48,823 nt of DNA, taken from a virus (taxonomy: Duplodnaviria; Caudoviricetes). Made by a program: the position numbers and the translations under genes. The stretch covers positions 1 through 48,823 of IMG/VR virus record IMGVR_UViG_3300005286_000036; one strand, written 5' to 3'. Of the stretch, positions 46,765 to 48,823 are shown one piece after another. Each line of letters begins with the position of its first letter. The first letter of the stretch is position 1. The notes below the pieces were generated by a model, which was given only the letters and a program-made list of their open reading frames with translations, did not search any database and had not been told where the DNA came from.

Positions 46765-47028
46765 TCACCCCTCTTCGCCGAGCAGCCACCCGACGCTGCA
46801 CTCGACGACCAACGCAATCTCAATCAAGATTGGGACGCCAGGCCACCGCTTTCCGTGAGCCCATCGACTGACTACCGGGTGGGAGATGGCCCAGCCGCGC
46901 GCCCGCATCCGTCTCGCCAGTTCGGATTGGGACATCTCTTTCTTTTCCAGAGCTGTGCGAAGGCGATGGCCGAATACCTGGTTTGCACGAATACTCCGAG
47001 CATCCGCCTCTGCCCCTTCTCGAGTCAT
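46765..47028 (-). CDS. XRE-family HTH regulator
   Basis: FGHRLRTA...MSQSELAR...VSRWAHG..P..IA..VECSVGWLLG; start ATG 47028 or GTG 47085. Confidence 0.8.
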   Translation of the reverse strand: MTREGAEADARSIRANQVFGHRLRTALEKKEMSQSELARRMRARGWAISHPVVSRWAHGKRWPGVPILIEIALVVECSVGWLLGEEG

Positions 47029-47533
47029 TAATGGAAATCCCAATTCCAGCGCCTCAAAATGTTGATCGAGGTCAAATAAGCACAATTGGAGATTGCCGAA
47101 AAGTTCGGGCTCGTCTCATGCTTTACGTCGGGCAGGGTTTACTCGCTCGACATCGGGCCGCAGACCTAACGGCGGGAAATCTTCAACAACAGGGCGTTGA
47201 GCTACGCTCCCTTATTTCGGCGTCAAACACTTGATTACATCAACGCCCGGTGTAGGCAGGCCGTCCAATGCGCACCTGTCAAAGAGAGGACCAAGCACGC
47301 TTCCCGTAGAAAAGCTTGAGCGTGGGGACTGTGATGCTGGCAGAAAAGTCGTTGCCGCGGGCAATCATCATGGTCAGGGCTGGCACGATGAAAAGATGTA
47401 GACGAAAAAGCACCGAATACTTTCCGGCGCTGATCCATTGGTCCAGCTCTTGAAGTGGTAGACTGCATGGCTCACCGCGCACGCGTCGCGAACGAAGTGG
47501 AGACCAAGATTGAAGTCTGCAACCCGCATTTGC

Positions 47534-48232
47534 TCAGCCAGCTAGCTCCAAGACTGAAAAGAGAGCTGCAATTTCTGCTGATTGAATATCCAGGTGATCT
47601 TGGATGGGACCGTTGGGCCAAAGCACGATGCGCACCTCTGCATCGGTATTGAATGACAACGGCTTGGAAAACGGATCTGGAAAGGCACGATCTTCACCTA
47701 TTCTATAGGTTCTATCTTTGTATTTCACCTCGCCGTAATCGTACTTTGGCAGCAGGTCAGGGCCGGCCGCTCGGACCAAGACTTCGGCAAGTTCCTTAAC
47801 ATCTGGAATGAAGGTTACCTTGTCTTTTGGCGGAAATCCTGGGGTGTCGAATTTGCCAACGGTTCGATCGAGGGACATGCAAAAGACGTAGCAAGGTTTG
47901 GCTTCGAGAACGAAGTGGATGCTGCCGCCCTGCTGTATTCTCTTGGTATTGTCTTGCCCGATTGCGATGCCTAGGTCGAGAAGGCCGTTTAGCACGCTTC
48001 GAGGGGATTGGGCGGTTATATCTACCGGCCCCTCTATGCGGCCAATAGCGCGCAACTCCATGTTGTCTTGCAGTGTGGTTTGCTCGATGTCGCGGTAGAA
48101 GTTGGCGGCACTAATCCGGATGCGGCCTTCCGTGCGCGCCATGTCCGCAAATCGCCCCTCCCAATGGCGATATGCCCACATTTTTTCTCTTCTACCTTCG
48201 ACCTGCATTGTCTTGCCGCGGGTCCAGTTCAC
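47534..48232 (-). CDS. Accessory protein, DUF2971-like
   Basis: GRIRIS...YRDIE...D, YVFCMS, GEVKY, KPLSF.TDAEVRI; AT-richer. Confidence 0.65.
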   Translation of the reverse strand: MNWTRGKTMQVEGRREKMWAYRHWEGRFADMARTEGRIRISAANFYRDIEQTTLQDNMELRAIGRIEGPVDITAQSPRSVLNGLLDLGIAIGQDNTKRIQQGGSIHFVLEAKPCYVFCMSLDRTVGKFDTPGFPPKDKVTFIPDVKELAEVLVRAAGPDLLPKYDYGEVKYKDRTYRIGEDRAFPDPFSKPLSFNTDAEVRIVLWPNGPIQDHLDIQSAEIAALFSVLELAG

Positions 48233-48432
48233 GCCATCATGTCAAAAGCAATACTACCGAGTTCCTCGACTTCCGCCTCGGTGTACTTTCCATCGAGCTT
48301 CCGCGTGACGTTGAATCGGTCGACGCGATGGAGCTCAAATTCCTCGTCGCCGGCATAGACCGCAGACCAAGCCTCGATGGCCTGTCTCAGGAACAGGTCT
48401 TCGTCGTCGGTCAGCAAGAGCAGATTCGCCAT
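48229..48432 (-). CDS. Small acidic hypothetical protein
   Basis: GGAGG RBS before ATG 48432; stop overlaps the next start. Confidence 0.6.
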   Translation of the reverse strand: MANLLLLTDDEDLFLRQAIEAWSAVYAGDEEFELHRVDRFNVTRKLDGKYTEAEVEELGSIAFDMMA

Positions 48433-48443
48433 TGGCGCCTCCA

Positions 48444-48668
48444 TCACCCCGTCGGCGACACTAACGCATATCCATCCCGTGCGATCCCGGCCTCTACAGT
48501 CTCGGCCGCCGCTCCGATCAGCTTGTCTTCCGTCGTCGTGGTGGCGAAGTAGACCCAATCGGCGCCCTGAAGGTGACGGGGTATTGAGGCCATGGGGCCG
48601 TGGGGCAAGACCAGCAATGTCTTGGCCGCCCCATCGTTCGCCTTCGCAATGAACACGTTCACCTGCAT
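48444..48668 (-). CDS. Small hypothetical protein
   Basis: GGAGG RBS before ATG 48668; 74 aa. Confidence 0.6.
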   Translation of the reverse strand: MQVNVFIAKANDGAAKTLLVLPHGPMASIPRHLQGADWVYFATTTTEDKLIGAAAETVEAGIARDGYALVSPTG

Positions 48669-48744
48669 CTGAGCCCTCCGCAACTGAGCCATTGAGGCAC
48701 GGTGAGAGGGTTCACGCAATCATCAACATCAATGGAGACTTACC

Positions 48745-48823
48745 ATGCTTCTTGCCAACTGGCGGGAGGTACTGACGCGCGCATGGTCCATGTGGCTGCT
48801 GTACCTCTCGATCTTCCTCGGGG
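48745..48823 (+). CDS. Start of holin/lysis gene (truncated by window)
   Basis: GGAG RBS; MLLANWREVLTRAWSMWL, a typical phage holin-like N-terminus. Confidence 0.65.
   Translation, partial: MLLANWREVLTRAWSMWLLYLSIFLG

Larger units (their letters stand above)
244..48823. mobile_element. Temperate siphovirus-like prophage (left end captured, right end beyond window)
   Basis: att-like tRNA fragment plus integrase, then immunity, replication, packaging, head, tail and start of lysis modules in canonical order. Confidence 0.95.

Noticed and set aside
47164-47202. Integron attC-like site (ACCTAAC...GTTGAGC)
   Set aside because: About 39 bp, too short, lacks the internal palindrome, and no integron integrase is present
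43281-47530. Diversity-generating retroelement or invertible tail-fibre system
   Set aside because: No reverse transcriptase or invertase, and no template copy of the fibre C-terminus noticed

Overview
Almost the whole window is one temperate siphovirus-type prophage in a GC-rich alphaproteobacterial host (probably Hyphomicrobiales, inferred from a LexA box type and gene families). The left end is captured: a 21-bp copy of a tRNA 3' end (244-264, probably tRNA-Arg) next to a tyrosine integrase. Then follow a leftward early operon and a lambda-like cI/cro switch with TGCATTAATGCA operators. The rightward early operon encodes HNH, RusA, a Sak4-like ATPase, DUF669, a Cas4-like protein, a beta clamp, two DNA methyltransferases, SNF2 and RadD-like helicases and a Prim-Pol. 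An iteron-rich putative origin and a NusG-like antiterminator precede the packaging, head and tail genes and a large tailspike. The lysis region starts at the right edge, so the right att site lies outside the window. Several antisense accessory genes are inserted. Best leads: a LexA-boxed small gene inside the immunity region; a MuF-ADP-ribosyltransferase fusion with a candidate immunity gene; proteasome-like and papain-like peptidases in the head/neck module; a kissing-loop/pseudoknot RNA before the tail chaperone; an apparently dead Cas4-like nuclease; a stand-alone NrdJ-type C-terminal tail; and a post-tail accessory operon with a DUF2971/ART-like gene. All family calls come from motif recognition by eye, not database searches.
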